From assembly GCF_006345805.1 (NCBI RefSeq), contig NC_042999.1:60512001-60576000 (forward strand): a DNA stretch of 64,000 bases, written 5' to 3'. How positions within the stretch are numbered: position 1 is the stretch's first letter; each line of letters opens with the position of its first letter. The notes under the pieces are model-generated. The model made no database searches. It had not been told where the DNA came from and worked only from the letters and a program-made list of their open reading frames with translations. Of the stretch, positions 36,511 through 50,691 are shown piece by piece. The position numbers and the translations under genes are program-made. The stretch comes from Octopus sinensis. Taxonomy: Eukaryota.

Positions 36511-38877
36511 GATAACCCGGGGAAAAGCAACCCCAACTCTAACCAAGTAGAAATAGCACACAGGAAGATATTTAAAAGCAGAAGAAACCCACCCTCTAAC
36601 TACGCACTGGAAAATTTTGAAAAAGACTTAATCGACCTCATTACCAACATCAACATTAGTAAGCATAAGACCATTTCCAACACCCACTTAAGGAGCCTTA
36701 AAGATTTCCTGCATTCACTTAGGAACGATGATAGTCTTATCATACCCGCCGACAAGACTGGGAACTGGTATAGGTTAGACTACCAAACCTACAAATCGCT
36801 CATCATGAGGGAACTTAGCAAAAAATATAAAACTACTTCTACGGATAACCTTAAGGAAATTAACTACAAAATCAAGGAAGTTATGAGCAAATTAGACCTC
36901 CTGGACAGAACGGAACCACAAGTACCCAAAATTACTATTAAAGACCATAAGAAAGACTTCCCGGATAATGTAGGAGTACGATTAATCTGTCCGACTAAAT
37001 CGGATATCGGCAGACTTAGCAAGACTATCCTGGACAAGGTGATCCCACGCATCAAACCCCACATCCCACTCCAACTATGGATTAACACCGACGATGTGCT
37101 AGAATGGTTTAACACAATCACCAATAGACCCAACTACTAATTCATCCAATTCGACATAGCTAGCTACTACGCCAGTATATCCCCCATCTTACTTAACAAA
37201 TCCCTTATATTTGCCCGCAACCTTTCGCTCACAGACAGAGAAAAAATTGACATAATACTATTAGCTAGAAAAACCATAATAGAATTCGACGGTAGACTTT
37301 GGACCAGATCCGATACCCCCGACAATTTTGATGTGGCTATGGGCTCGAGCGATTCAGCTCAGGTGACAGACTTGGTCGGGGCCTACCTGCTCATGAAGCT
37401 TTTCTCCGAGGTACCGGATCTTCAGGGGGGTCTATACAGAGATGACGCTCTCTTCATATACCCCACCAACAATAGGAGTAAACTAGAAAGAATTAGGAAA
37501 AAGATCAGGCTTTTTTTCAAATCCTTCAATCTTAAACTAGAATTTATGACCAATACTAAAATAGTAAACTTCTTAGATGTTACGTTAGACTTGAATAAGC
37601 ACCTTCACCACCCGTATAGGAAACCCGAAGAAACTACCAAATACATCCATACCTCTTCCAACCATCCACCCTGTATAATTAGCACCACGGTCCAAGCCAT
37701 CTCAGACAGACTTACAAAACTCTCCTCTAATAGAGAAATTTTCAATAATCACGCACAACACTACAACCAGGCTCTCTATAGTGCTGGGTATAACCAGAGA
37801 ATATCATATGTAGATCACCCGGGAACGTCCGTCGGCCATAAAACTCCCAATTATAATCGAACCCCGCACTCAACTCATACTAACGATAATTCTAATTTAA
37901 ACTCCAAACAACGTATAGGAAATAGGCGAACTAATAGAATAGCACACAATGGTAACCCTCCCGACGAGAGCAATATAGATCCTATTAGGAGAAATAGAAG
38001 GGATAATAGTAGATTACGCAAATATATATGGTTCAACATACCATACAACTTAGCAGTTAGGGGTAAATTATGTAAGAGAATATTCTCTATCATTTCCAAC
38101 AACTTCCCACCCACCCATAAGTATAGAAGTATCTTCTCCAACAAAGCCATTAGGATTTCCTACTCTACCCTGCCCAACATGAGCTGCCTCATAGCTAAAC
38201 ATAACTATATTAATATTAGAACAGCTAGATCAAGAGCAAGCTATAGCGACCAACCGAACCCCCCTCATCCAGATAGTAGACAATATAATCAGACTGGCAG
38301 CCATATTACCCAAACAGTTAGTAATAACACCCGCCAACACAACAGAGGCAATACTACACCCATCAACAACCAGGAGGATATCAACGCCCCCACTCGTATT
38401 GCAACACCTCCGCCTGGGATTAGCAGCACACGACCGAATAATGCAATGCACTGCAACTGCATATGTGCATCCGAGTGTCCGCTACAGGGCGCATGTAGGG
38501 CGAAAAACGTAATATATTCATGTGAGGTGAGTACCCAGTTTAACACACTCACCTACATAGGTTGCTCAACCTCCTGGAAATCCAGATACTACAACCACCG
38601 GTCCTCGCTGAAACACAGACATAAGGCTAACAGCACCTCCCTTTCTAAAAAAAATTGGGAATTAAAAGACAAATGCATAGGCTTCAAACTCAGGTGGTAC
38701 ATCATCGGATCAGCTGCACCTTATTTAAATAATAGAGCAGGATGCCAACTATGTTGTGTAGAACTCCTGAGCATCTTGAAATTCAAAGACAAACACAATC
38801 TTATTAACAAAAGGTCAGAGTTCAAACCATCCTGTATACACAAACTTATTAATACTTTCAAATACTACAAAGCTTAG
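36511..38877 (+). pseudogene. Penelope-like RT-GIY-YIG ORF with one in-frame TAA (37138-37140)
   Basis: ORFs 36475-37140 and 37333-38877 share one frame. Motifs: IIPADKTG, FIQFDIASYYASI (after the stop), FDVAMGS, GLYRDD, VNFLDVTL, WFNIPY, CNC..CPL.G.C, NVIY...YIG, RYYNH, CQLCCVE, LINKRSE. Confidence 0.9.
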
Positions 38878-39038
38878 GTTATTATACCAACTCCCCCATG
38901 CAATTTCCTCCCACCCGGTGCAACCTTTAGGCTCCAGCACATCCCGCTTTCCTATATGTGCGTGTATATGTGTATATGTGTGCGTATATATATGTATATG
39001 CACATATGCGTATGTATATGTATATATATATGTGTGTG

Positions 39039-39069
<31 letters not shown>

Positions 39070-40918
39070 ATGTGCATATATGTTTCCCTGCATTTTCCTC
39101 CTATATATACACATTTTGTCTCCCATATATGTCTTTTCCCTACATATTTCTTCTCCTACACCCATATCCTTCCTATATAGTCTCTTTATTTCCCTATATC
39201 TATACCCTTTCACATTTCTAACTCGGATGTTGAACGCACACCGCCAAACTCCACTTCCCACCCTTCCAATTTTCAGTTCCCCCCGCCCGCCCCTACGTGG
39301 GCACCTTTAACACGCACCTCTAACTTTCAACCACCTTCATCTCATGTTAAACTTTACCAGATTATACTTTTATTTTATTTTATTTTTATTTTTACTTTTA
39401 TTTTGCTTTATCCTATTCTACTTCGCTTTACCTTTATTCTCATTTTTATTTTCATCCCTTATCTTAATTCTTATAATTTTTATAATTTTTATATTTCATT
39501 TCGAACTTTTACATTGTATTTCTTATTTTATATTGTATTTCTTACTTTTATTTCTAATTTTTACTCTTACCCTCATTCTTACCCCTAACTTATCGCTTTA
39601 TATCTCTATATATGTCTATTTTTTTTGCTTATCCCTTATTTACTTACCTATGGATCCGCTTTATGATTATACGAGCGTCCGTGTACGTATGTATACGTAT
39701 ACATATGTGTACATATGTACGAGTAAACATCTAAGTCTGGATGTGCATACCCCGTATTTCTTTACATGTTTTTACATGTTTTCTTATATTCATATGTTTA
39801 CACCTATTTGTATACATCTTTTAATATCTTATAGCTATACCCATATGCGCGTATGTCTCTGTGTGTGTATGTAAGTGTATATGTGCACGCACATATGGAC
39901 ACACAGCCGTGTGTGCGTGCACGTGTAGACGTGAGTGCGTGATTCTTTACATACGTTCTTATATACATCCTTTAATATCTTATATCTAAACTGGAAGCGT
40001 GGGCATATGTGTATGTGTATGTAAGGATGGACGCACGTGTGTATGTATGGGTGTGTACACGTATAATGTCCGTGTATATATGCGGACATTCTGTTGTATG
40101 TATGTATATATACGCGCGTGCGTGGGGGTGTATATGTGTTTATGTACATGTTTACACGTGAGTGCGTGTGTATGCTTATAGGCTTGGAGCCGTGTACGCG
40201 CGCATATATGTGCGCGTGTATATGGGTGTATGTATCCATGATGGTATGTATGTACAAGATGACCAATTAATTCAAAGAACTAGATTAAACGCTCAACAGC
40301 TCTGATTTACAACACACTAGGTCCCCAGACGACCCTGTTGATTTATTGACACCCAAAACTTCTACAACTAAATTTTATCAATCTCCTGACCACCATGTTT
40401 GGTCCGTAACCTCTATACATCCCTTATCTTTATTTTTTTACATTTTTATCATGTTTATTCCTATTTTTATTCTTTTACTTTTACTTTTATTTCTATTTCT
40501 ATTTTTACTTTATAACCTTATGCCTTTACATTCATTTATATTTCTTTATATTTCTTTATATCCCCTTTACATCTCCTTATATCCCTTTATATCTTTATAC
40601 TCTACATTTTTATATTTTTCTATACTTACACTTTTTATACATTTTTTATATCCCTCGTCCTGAATTCTCGCCCCTCCATCTTCACGTCTATATATGTATT
40701 TATTTATTTACATTACTTCAACATCCAAATTTCCTCATTCTACATTGAGAGAAGAAAGAGATGGACGCTTCAATTCTATGCTGTTGCCGCATTATGTCGT
40801 ACGCGAATGAGAGGATTTGCATCCCCAACCAAGAATTTTTGATGTAACACATGTCCTTGTGGAAGCTGTTGTGCGCGGCTGAAGAAGGCCACAGACATAC
40901 ATTATGCATTGTTATAAA
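36511..40918 (+). mobile_element. Penelope-like retroelement (RT + C-terminal GIY-YIG endonuclease), 5'-truncated, ~2-kb 3' region
   Basis: See the 36511-38877 ORF. The terminal 986 bp are duplicated in inverted orientation on the left, and the element ends in (TA)n. Confidence 0.92.
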
Positions 40919-41577
40919 GCTATATATATATATATATACATATATTTATTTACATACATATACATACATATATATATATATAAATGTACATGCACATTAA
41001 TGCACACCGTCACACACACACACATGCATATATACATATCTGTGTATGATTGTGTGTTTCTGTGAATGTTTGTGTGTGTGTGTGTGTGTCTGTGTGTTTG
41101 TGTGTGTGTGTGTTTGTGTGTGTGTGTGAATGTAAGCAATATACGTGTATGTAAAACGATAGAAGTCAATCTAGAGACCGAAGCTTTCATACAGGCGTAA
41201 AGCAGTATAAACCAAAATAACTACTTTCTGCTGTTACAAAAAGTACAATTGAATCCGTTCTTTATAGGGATCTTCTTTTGTCGCTACTCTAGATTTCAAT
41301 ATGAGATACGTACGCAAAGTATTGAATAGGACTATGTCATAACAAGCTGAGTGAACTTCACGTTATTTAAAGTTTCATGAAGTCAGGACACGCTGGCATA
41401 ATCTGTATAATGAGCTATAAGCAAAAAGCAGATAGTCAGAATACTTTCTTTCCTATATTTGACGGTTTGAAATTGTTCACCGGCGACGATGTTTTAAACC
41501 GCGTAGAGGAGGCGCAATTCCGCGAAATCTTGTAAGAGTTTCATTCTTTGTACAGCTATACCTATGCGTATGTGTAT

Positions 41578-41588
41578 GCCTCTCTCTC

Positions 41589-41631
<43 letters not shown>

Positions 41632-41739
41632 GTCTGTCTCTCTCTCTCTCTCACTATATATATATATTTGTCTGTATGTCTGTTTGTCTCTCTGTCTCCC
41701 TTTTTCCTTTCTCTCTCTCTCTCTGTCTCTGTCTCTCTG

Positions 41740-41775
<36 letters not shown>

Positions 41776-41776
41776 T

Positions 41777-41822
<46 letters not shown>
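41578..41822. repeat. (TC)n/(TCTG)n microsatellite
   Basis: Direct reading. Confidence 0.95.
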
Positions 41823-41823
<1 letters not shown>

Positions 41824-41836
41824 CATATATATCTAT

Positions 41837-42348
41837 ATACAAAATTTAGAGGACTGACCACTAAAAGATGGACAGCCTATATACTAGATATAGACGTAAA
41901 AATCACCATTTTCCATGAAGAATGTGTTCTGAAGAAAAAATTCAGCAAAAAATCAAAGTGTAAAAATAAGCAAGATAAATAAAAATATACAAAATAAAAA
42001 AAAACGATTACCTATGTACTAATTAGTTTCACTTGTTGATATTTACGTATATGGATACGGAAACATCTGCAGGATCATCAGCATATTCTGTCGTTTACAA
42101 GACACAATTTACAGAACTAGATACAGAACGCTCGACCGAAATCCAGCATGTATAAAGTTTAACAAATTATATTTATGTGTATCTTTCAAGTGCCTTCTTG
42201 AGAACACATTCTTCATGGAAAATGGCGATTTTGATGTCTATATCTAGCATTTAGGCTGTCCATCTTTTTAGTGGTCAGTCCATTAAATTTTGTATGTAAA
42301 AAAATTTTTAATCCTAGAATTTTTTTTTAAATATGCTAGGCCACTGGT
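41837..42348. mobile_element. MITE-like element with ~100-bp inverted repeats
   Basis: 41837-41936 (ATACAAAATTTAGAGGACTGACCACTAAAAGATGGACAGCCT...) pairs with 42195-42295. The right side appears to extend to ~42348, and the left outer end is lost in the microsatellite. Confidence 0.75.
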
Positions 42349-42518
42349 TTTAATTGATTAATATCAATTTCTACCCTCATTCAATTCTAAATTTTTTATA
42401 TATATATACATATTCAATACAAAAAACAGAGAAAGAAACATGAAATAAAAACAACGCAAGGCCGTGTTACATGCAAAGTATTAAATATGACGCTCAGGGA
42501 AGGAAATGAAAGAAAGGT

Positions 42519-42556
42519 TGTTTTATTGTTTCGAGCAAAGCTCTTCTTCAGAAACA
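42519..42556 (-). ncRNA. Minimal hammerhead motif in a PLE-LTR-like repeat (helix III mutated)
   Basis: Minus strand TGTTT-CTGAAGA-A-GAGC-TTT-GCTC-GAAAC-AATA-AAACA. Confidence 0.6.
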
Positions 42557-43273
42557 GGAGACAGAGGAAAATCCAAAAGAAAAGGAAGACTGAGTAAAAA
42601 AGTCGCCAACAATCGACATGCGGTTACATTTTGGAATGTATATAATTTGGGAATGTATATATGTATATACGGTGGAGTTACGATTTCAGGAGGACGATTG
42701 GGATCACGTGGATGAGAAAGGCGCAATCCAGAGAGGAGTGGACAGCGTGGTGTGACCAGCAGTGTCAAGTGGACGCCCGACGGACTGGTCGGTCAAAGTG
42801 ATCACGGTGATATATGTATATAATTTTGGAATGTGTATGTGTATATCTTCTATGCTGTATGCCACATCACTCTCGGACGTTGTCTCCTACTTTCTGATTG
42901 GTGTGTTCGTGGATATAATCCTGGCGCAGTCGTACAGTTTGTCTGACCACGTTCAGAATGTTTTCACGAATTATCATGCGTGAGAATGGATGTTGGCTCA
43001 GAATGAACTCGTCTGTTCTTTGGCAGATTTTGATTTTACATCAAACACAAAACTCCTCACTTGGCAAGACATGTGAGTGAGCGGGTTTCGTCACCGACAA
43101 ACTGTTGCTGAATCATGTGCGAGTAGCAGCATTTTCCTAGCCTGGCACCGGTTTATATACATATACATACCTTCTGTGAACGAAACTTCGATAGCACTAT
43201 TAACTTCTCATTCCCATGAAAAATATTATCTCTACGTATGGTATGTACGTTTGTGTTTGCGCGCAGCAGCTGA

Positions 43274-43308
<35 letters not shown>

Positions 43309-43472
43309 AACATGTGCATATGTGTGGGAGAAAATATATATGTTTGTGTGTGTAAGTGTGTGTGTGTATTTGTAAGTGTATATATATACATACATACATA
43401 CATATATATATTCAAAATTACGCTGTGTAATTATGTTATACTTTTCTGTAATTGTATGCAAGTAATCTTGGC

Positions 43473-43530
<58 letters not shown>

Positions 43531-43574
43531 GGTTCATGTAAGATTATACTCTGTAGTATGTGTATACATTTATG

Positions 43575-43609
<35 letters not shown>

Positions 43610-43644
43610 TTATAAATATATATATACACATATGCATACCTGTG

Positions 43645-43676
<32 letters not shown>

Positions 43677-44039
43677 CATATCCTTTTGTGTTTGTATCTT
43701 TATTTGTGCGTATCACCATCTTCTGCTTGAGCAGCTCAAGACAAACACCGAAACACGCTTATTTTTCGCGTATAATGAAGAGGCACATCTGTTATTGCAC
43801 TGACTTTCATACATCTGAAGGTGTTTCAATGTTGCTTTGATAAACATTAACGGTTCTTAATCTTGTTTTCGTCAAATTGCTAATAATGATCAACTTCAAA
43901 CGAAATGGCTACTTCAGTTCTGATATAATGGAAACGGTGATTACTCACTATGAAAAATGGAATGGAATAAAAAAAAAAAAAATGAAAGTTAAATATGCGA
44001 ATAATACTAGTAACATTAACAACACTAACAACAACGAGA

Positions 44040-44222
<183 letters not shown>

Positions 44223-44339
44223 ACACTCGCTTTTCTATTTTCCATGCCAGCCGCGATCCGAACCAGAAGAAGAAATTTGTTGAAACAATAATATACATCG
44301 GTTCATAATTTGTCTCAAAAGTACAGTCAATAATGGAAC

Positions 44340-44746
44340 AGGCGTAGGAGTGGCTGTGTGGTAAATAGCTTGCTTACGAACCACATGGTTCCGGGTTCAG
44401 TCCCACTGCGTGGCACCTTAGGCAAGTGTCTTCTACAATAGCCTCGGGTCGACTAAAGTCTTGTGAGTGGATTTGGTAGACGGAAACTGAGAGAATCCCG
44501 TCGTATATATGTATGTGTATATATTTGTATGTGTGCTTGCGTGTCCTTGTTTTTCCCTCCACCTAACATCGCCTGACAACCGATGCTGGTGTGTTTACGT
44601 CCCCGTAACATTAGCAGTTAGGCAAAAGAGACCGATAGAATAAGTACTAGGTTTACAAAGAATAAGTGCTGGGGAAGATTTGCTCGACTAAAAGACGGTG
44701 CTCCAGCATGGCCTCAGTCAAATGACTGAAACAAGTAAAAGAGTAG
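44340..44746 (+). mobile_element. SINE family S1, full length
   Basis: Head-to-tail match to 20721-21146. Confidence 0.92.
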
Positions 44747-44913
44747 AGTAAAATAGTATATACATTAACCTTAAATATATGCCTGAATATGGCTAAGTGT
44801 GTTTTTTTTATGTAAGAAAGGAAATTCTTGATATGCTTCTGAAATCACTAATAATAAGAAACGTTGTGTATATGTAAAGGATAAATAAGCGAGTGGTAAG
44901 TTAGAAGCGAGTG

Positions 44914-45113
44914 GTAAGGCGGCGAGCTGGCAGAATCGTTAGCAAGCCGGGCGAAATGCGTAGCCGTATTTTGTCTGTCGTTACGTTCTGAGTTCAAATA
45001 AGTTCTAGGCTTACAAAGAATAAGTCCTGGGGTCGATTTTCTCGACAAAAAAAAAGGCGGTCCTCCAGCATGGCCGCAGTCAAATGACTGAAACAAGTAA
45101 AAGAGTAAAAGAG
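44914..45113 (+). mobile_element. S2 head fused to an S1 tail
   Basis: AAGGCGGCGAGCTGGCAGAATC...GAGTTCAAAT (to 44999), then AAGTTCTAGGCTTACAAAGAATAAGTCCTGGGGTCG...GAAACAAGTAAAAGAG. Confidence 0.8.
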
Positions 45114-46899
45114 ATATATTCATAGGAGTTGTTAAGATGTCATGTAGTATTTATTTGAAAGATTGATTTAAAAATCGAAAAAATATTGAGTAAGAAACAG
45201 AAATAACGAAAAATGAACATTTATTAATTTATCAAGATGCTAGATGACATTAGGTGATTCTGAACACCCTTCAATTTCCATCATCTTCATACTTTACCTT
45301 CTTCAGAAATCGATAATCTTCTGCTCCAAAATAACTGCGAGAAGTTCAGTCACAGAAGTGTACAGACGTGAGCCTAAATCTCTGATGTGAATGAAGAAAA
45401 CATTTGGTAACATGAATGTCTAAAGATCAGCCAATCTCTGGTATATTTCACATGATGTGGTGTCAAACCTTGCAAACGTTTTACACCAGGCAATATGAAA
45501 GATGCCACCGATTAACTGATCGTTAGATTATCTTGTATTACAGGTCGTTTGTATAACCCATATAGATCACACATTAGTTGCTCCTAATGTATACAAAGGT
45601 ACTGTGAAGAATACGATATTGCCCTCGAACCGAAGTTTCGATCACATTCATTTAGAGCTGATTTTTCTTTTTCTTCATATATATGCTTCTTTCCTCCGGT
45701 AGTTCACCATTCCTCTTATTCTTTCTCCAGATATTGCTCCACTATATAGAACGAGCAGTGCAGGTGGTATGAAATCTTCGTCATTGTATGCTTTTAGGAC
45801 GGATGGCAAAGAGCATTTTCCATCAACTTACAGAATTGCAATCGGCTGTTTGACAGGCGGTACTACTGGGGCAGCAGTATCTGGAACTGAAGATGCGTGA
45901 GATATTTGGTTGTGCTGTTCTCCTTTGACATCACTTCTCCGCCAGTTATTCATGAAGCGAAAACAGAAGAAGAAATAAAAACGCTTCCAAGTTATAAATG
46001 TTATCAGCTATGATACATAGCAGTGTTATCAGTACCATACTCTTTCTATTCTCTCCTCCACCTGATTCTGCACATCTCTAGAGTCACTAAGACTACTACG
46101 TCCATCCTGATACCTGCGATTAAATGCCGCTTCTCATTTCCTCAATAACACCCGCCAATTGTGCGATGTTGAGGTGAGAATAAACCAAATTGAAATGTCC
46201 CGAACGATTTTCTCGGTAACAACAGAATAAACAGATAAAAATTATTAGTAACAAAAATATTTAATAGAGATGAGATGGTACTTGTTAGCTCGCAAAAAGA
46301 AACGGATCTGTGAGATAGCCAGTCATTCCAACCAATGTACGGACGTTGTTGCGAGGCAATTTCTGAAAATGGGAGATAAAAATGGCTTCTTTGAGAAGAT
46401 CGCTTTGCTCTGATTCAAACTGGTCATAGCTCTCTTAAGCCAGGAGTTTTTTCTGCATTCTTTCTATTTCACATGTAATGGACGTTGTCGTAAAGAGGAC
46501 ATCTCATCGGCTGGTTTTCAATTTCCACACTGCTGCCGACGAGCGTCAATCAGATTTGCCAGCACCTGGAGAAAAAATCTAAATATATGCACTAACTAAA
46601 ATAATGCGCTCAAAATTGTCACTAACACCATCTTTGATCCCATCCTTATTCAAGATATCTCTTTCTTTCCGGTTTAGAGAACGTGGTATTTCTTGCGTTC
46701 TGCTACATATTTTCTATACGCCTGCAAAACGCCCGATGATGAATAAGTGGAAAGCAGGACAGACTATTGAAATCAAGGCGTCCGTCCCTCGGTTTTCTTA
46801 TATTTTCTGCTGTGCTAAAAGACTATCGAGATCGAGTCTCACCGTTACCACGTTAGTTGTATCTCTTTACACTTGTCCATATAATTTGTTTTCTCTATC

Positions 46900-48400
46900 G
46901 CTAATTATATCCTAAGCATTATTCATTTTAATGTAATTATTTTCTTCAGAGTATCATATTACCCGTTGTTCACGAATAATTTCGTCATCCAGTGCCTTAC
47001 TATTTCAACTAGTTTGATAATGGTAGGCATCCGTTTCGCTCCGGGAACGATGTTTGAAATTTCAAGTAACAGTTTTTAGGTCAGCATGTACACCACAAAT
47101 TTCTCCTCCTTCTCAAAGGACGTAATTTTGTGTAATCTTGACATTCTGGTCTCATTCATTACTCTAGTGATCTGTTGTAGAACCAGCCATCAGATAGATT
47201 TTACCATGATGTACATTTTCGAGCAAGATTTCTGTTCTTACACGCTCAAAGGTCTCTAACTCGAGGCAAGTTTTACAGGCATTCTCTATTTATATCCGTT
47301 AATGTCTCTTGTATTGTAAACCATGCAATTATAATACACCCAATACCATTTGTTTAACACCTATTTGTAATCGTATGTAGAAATGGGGATAAATTTCTCA
47401 CCCCTGTGCTGGAGAATGTAATGCTTCTGTGCATAATTTTAACCGTGAGGAATCGGTTTTTTACATTCTGAAAACAATTAGCATCTGTGATAGTTTGTGT
47501 CACTCCCAATCCCTCTGCAATACTTTCCAGCTTGGACGCGTGTGGCCCTTTCTATTTCGAGTGATTTAACCAACACACTGATGTTTCGATGTTTTTCCAA
47601 CTGCTTCGCCAAGGGCTCTGAGTTCCCCCCAGTTCGCCACTCCTGACAACCTTTTGAGCTTCTCTGAATAGTATGTGTATTTCTTCTATACGAGTCTAGT
47701 TGATGGTCTTTACAATGTGTTTGTTGCTATCGTGTCGACAGAAATTATAGTTGCAGAGTACATTGGTGGCTGTGAAAAATATTGTTTAGTAGTAGAGACG
47801 ATTGCATTGGAATAGAAAGGGTTAGTCGTTGAGAATGGTGGGGAATTAGCTTGGGTAGTCCTGGTCACCGTATGGGTGAAAATGGTGCTGATGACGATCA
47901 TTGGTGATCATTTTTCATGTCAACTGTTATTTACCCTTCAATCTTGTCATGGTTAGCGTTGGGATAACTTAGTTTAAAATATATAATTAGAATGGGATAT
48001 TGTCAGATTTTGGTATGTCTTTTGATTTCATCTTCTCTGTTTTCTCATTTGCTTACTATTTGGCCTGGCTCTTCCTGCTCTCAGTTCAAATCTTACCAAA
48101 GACGCTATCATTATTCACAAGAATCAAGAAAGAAATCAACAGTCAAGTGTTAAGATCGATTGTCCTTTTTCCTCCTCTTTTCTGACTTATCTCCTTCACT
48201 GTATCTGAACTTGCTATGGCCAGCGAGCACGTGTCTATTAAAATCGCTATTAGAACGGCAACACACATATCCCCAAGAAAATTCACAAACCAGCATATTT
48301 TGTGAAAGATGTCACCAAGTGTCCTATGACGATTTCACCGTGAAAGAAAGAATATTAAGTATATTAGTATTGAATTTACTGTTAGTTTTCCATGCAGATG
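46900..48400 (-). mobile_element. Possible decayed LINE 5' UTR + ORF1
   Basis: A-rich minus strand with broken coding-like stretches (T/P/S-rich start, then LVEEIHILFREAQK, then CFQNVKNRFLTVKIMHRSITF). No diagnostic motif recognised. Confidence 0.25.
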
Positions 48401-49168
48401 GTGTCCTTTATTAATTTATCTCTGTTATTGTTTTTTATACAGCTGTCGGTAAAATGCTTTCAGGTTTTCTGTTTTCAATAGAGTGGACTTGCGTGATGTT
48501 ATCGTTTCTAAGCAACATCTAACAACGTTTATTGTAATCGTTTTAACTTGGTAGTAATTTCATTGATGTGTCCGCTTCACAACTGAATTGATCGAGGATA
48601 AATGTGTTGGATCTGGAGCTCTTTCATCGTGGTTGAAACGCCTCCGAAATGCATTATAAATTTACGAATTCATGTTTATTTCATTATATACGTTTTTACA
48701 TTTATTTCATTATATCTTTCTTTCTGAGAGTTAAGGACGGTTAATTTGCAAAATTAATCGAAAGATAAATTGACGTCCTTACATTTTCAGTTACTACTAC
48801 GTACGTTTTAAGTTCAAACCCTGCCGGGGTCAATCGTATTTACGTTTCATTCATAGGAAGTCAATTTAATAAGAAACAGCCGAGTAGAATGGACAGAATA
48901 AACTACTATCACAACCCGCCTAAACTAAATCAGTGAACTTCGGCACGCACCAGATATACGTAGTATTGTTTTTCTGATTTAATCTAGAAATAAAAGTATA
49001 TTTTCTTCTCCATGTCCTCCAAATTTAGTGGGAGAGAGAATGAAATTATTTCCAAAGCAAAGTATGGCCGAAATACTGGTGACAGAGTGCGCTGAGTAAA
49101 ATCACCAAAAAGCCTTATAGTCAGGTTAGAAGAACCGACAAATTACCTCTAACAATTGAAATTGCAAT

Positions 49169-49200
<32 letters not shown>

Positions 49201-49494
49201 TGTATGTATGTATGTATGTATGTATGTATGCGTGATTGTGTGTGTTTTTATATACATATATAGATAAAACTTACTTGGAAAAGGATACGTGGTGTTCCAT
49301 CATATAATAATATAAATAATATATAAATATATGCGTATATTCATATATGCACATTCCTACATATATATGTATATATACATGCATATATGGGTACAGGACG
49401 TCGAAAAACGTTGCACACAATGAGAAACAAAGACATAAAAGCAAAAACATAGAAACGAACTTTTTTTCGAACAACGAAAAAACAAACATATAAT

Positions 49495-49719
49495 CTTTTT
49501 CTCTTTTACTCTTTTACTTGTTTCAATAATTTGACTGCGGCCATGCTGGGGCACCGCCTTTTAGTCGAGCATATCGACCCTAGGACTAATTCTTTGTAAG
49601 CCTAGTACTTATTCTATCGGTCTCTTTTGCCGAACCGCTAAGTTACGGGGACACAAACATACCAGCATTGGTTGTCAAGCGATGTTGGGGTGGGGGTGGG
49701 GGCAAACACAGGCACACAA

Positions 49720-49784
<65 letters not shown>

Positions 49785-49945
49785 TACGACAGGCTTCTTT
49801 CAGTTTCCGTCTACGAAATCCACTCACAAGGCTTTGGTCGACCCGAGGCTATAGTAGAAGACACTTGCCCAAGGTGCCACGCAGTGGGACTGAACCCGGA
49901 ATCATGTGGTTGGTAAGCAAGCTACTTACCACACAGCCACTCCTG
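49495..49945 (-). mobile_element. SINE family S1, full length
   Basis: Reverse complement of the S1 consensus from head to tail. Confidence 0.92.
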
Positions 49946-49954
49946 TATATACAT

Positions 49955-49985
<31 letters not shown>

Positions 49986-50424
49986 CACACACATATATAT
50001 ACATACACACACACATATATATTATATATATATATATATATATATTTATATACATAAATATCTATGGCCATCACTAGCATTGAGGATGTCTTGGTGTCTT
50101 ATATAATGCTTTCTCTGTTTTAGACGTCCATTTAGTCGCGAGCAGTCGTTGACTCACATTTTACACATAACACTCACGCATCAGGAAGAAGAACATTCGG
50201 GAAGTGATAACTTGAAGGATAGAACGTGGGCTATCTTAAGAAGAATGTTTTTCGCATTAATTTCAGCTGAGTAAGTTGGAACAACATAAAATAAAATGCT
50301 TTGAACAAGGACACAACACGTTGACTGACTCAGAAGTTGAACAATCAAGTGATTTCAATGCTGTGAACACTAAATCATTGACCTTCGCAAATATAAGCTT
50401 GTACAGATACAGTTATTCTTTAAT

Positions 50425-50640
50425 TCCTTTATTCTTTTACATGTTTCAGTCATTTGACTGCGGGCATGTTGGAACACCGCCTTTTAGACAGTGAAATCGA
50501 AAGCAGAACTTATTCTTTGTAAGTCTGGTACTTATTCTAATTCTATCGGTACCTTTTGCGGAACCGCTAGGTTACGGGGACGTAGGCACATCACCATCGG
50601 TTGTCAAGCAATGGAGGGGGACAAACACTGACACAAACAC
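50425..50640 (-). mobile_element. SINE family S1, 3' half
   Basis: TTTCAGTCATTTGACTGCGGGCATGTTGGAACACCGCC tail and GTTACGGGGACGT body. Confidence 0.85.
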
Positions 50641-50691
50641 ACACACACAGAGAAACACATACACACACGCGCAAACGCATATACATATATA

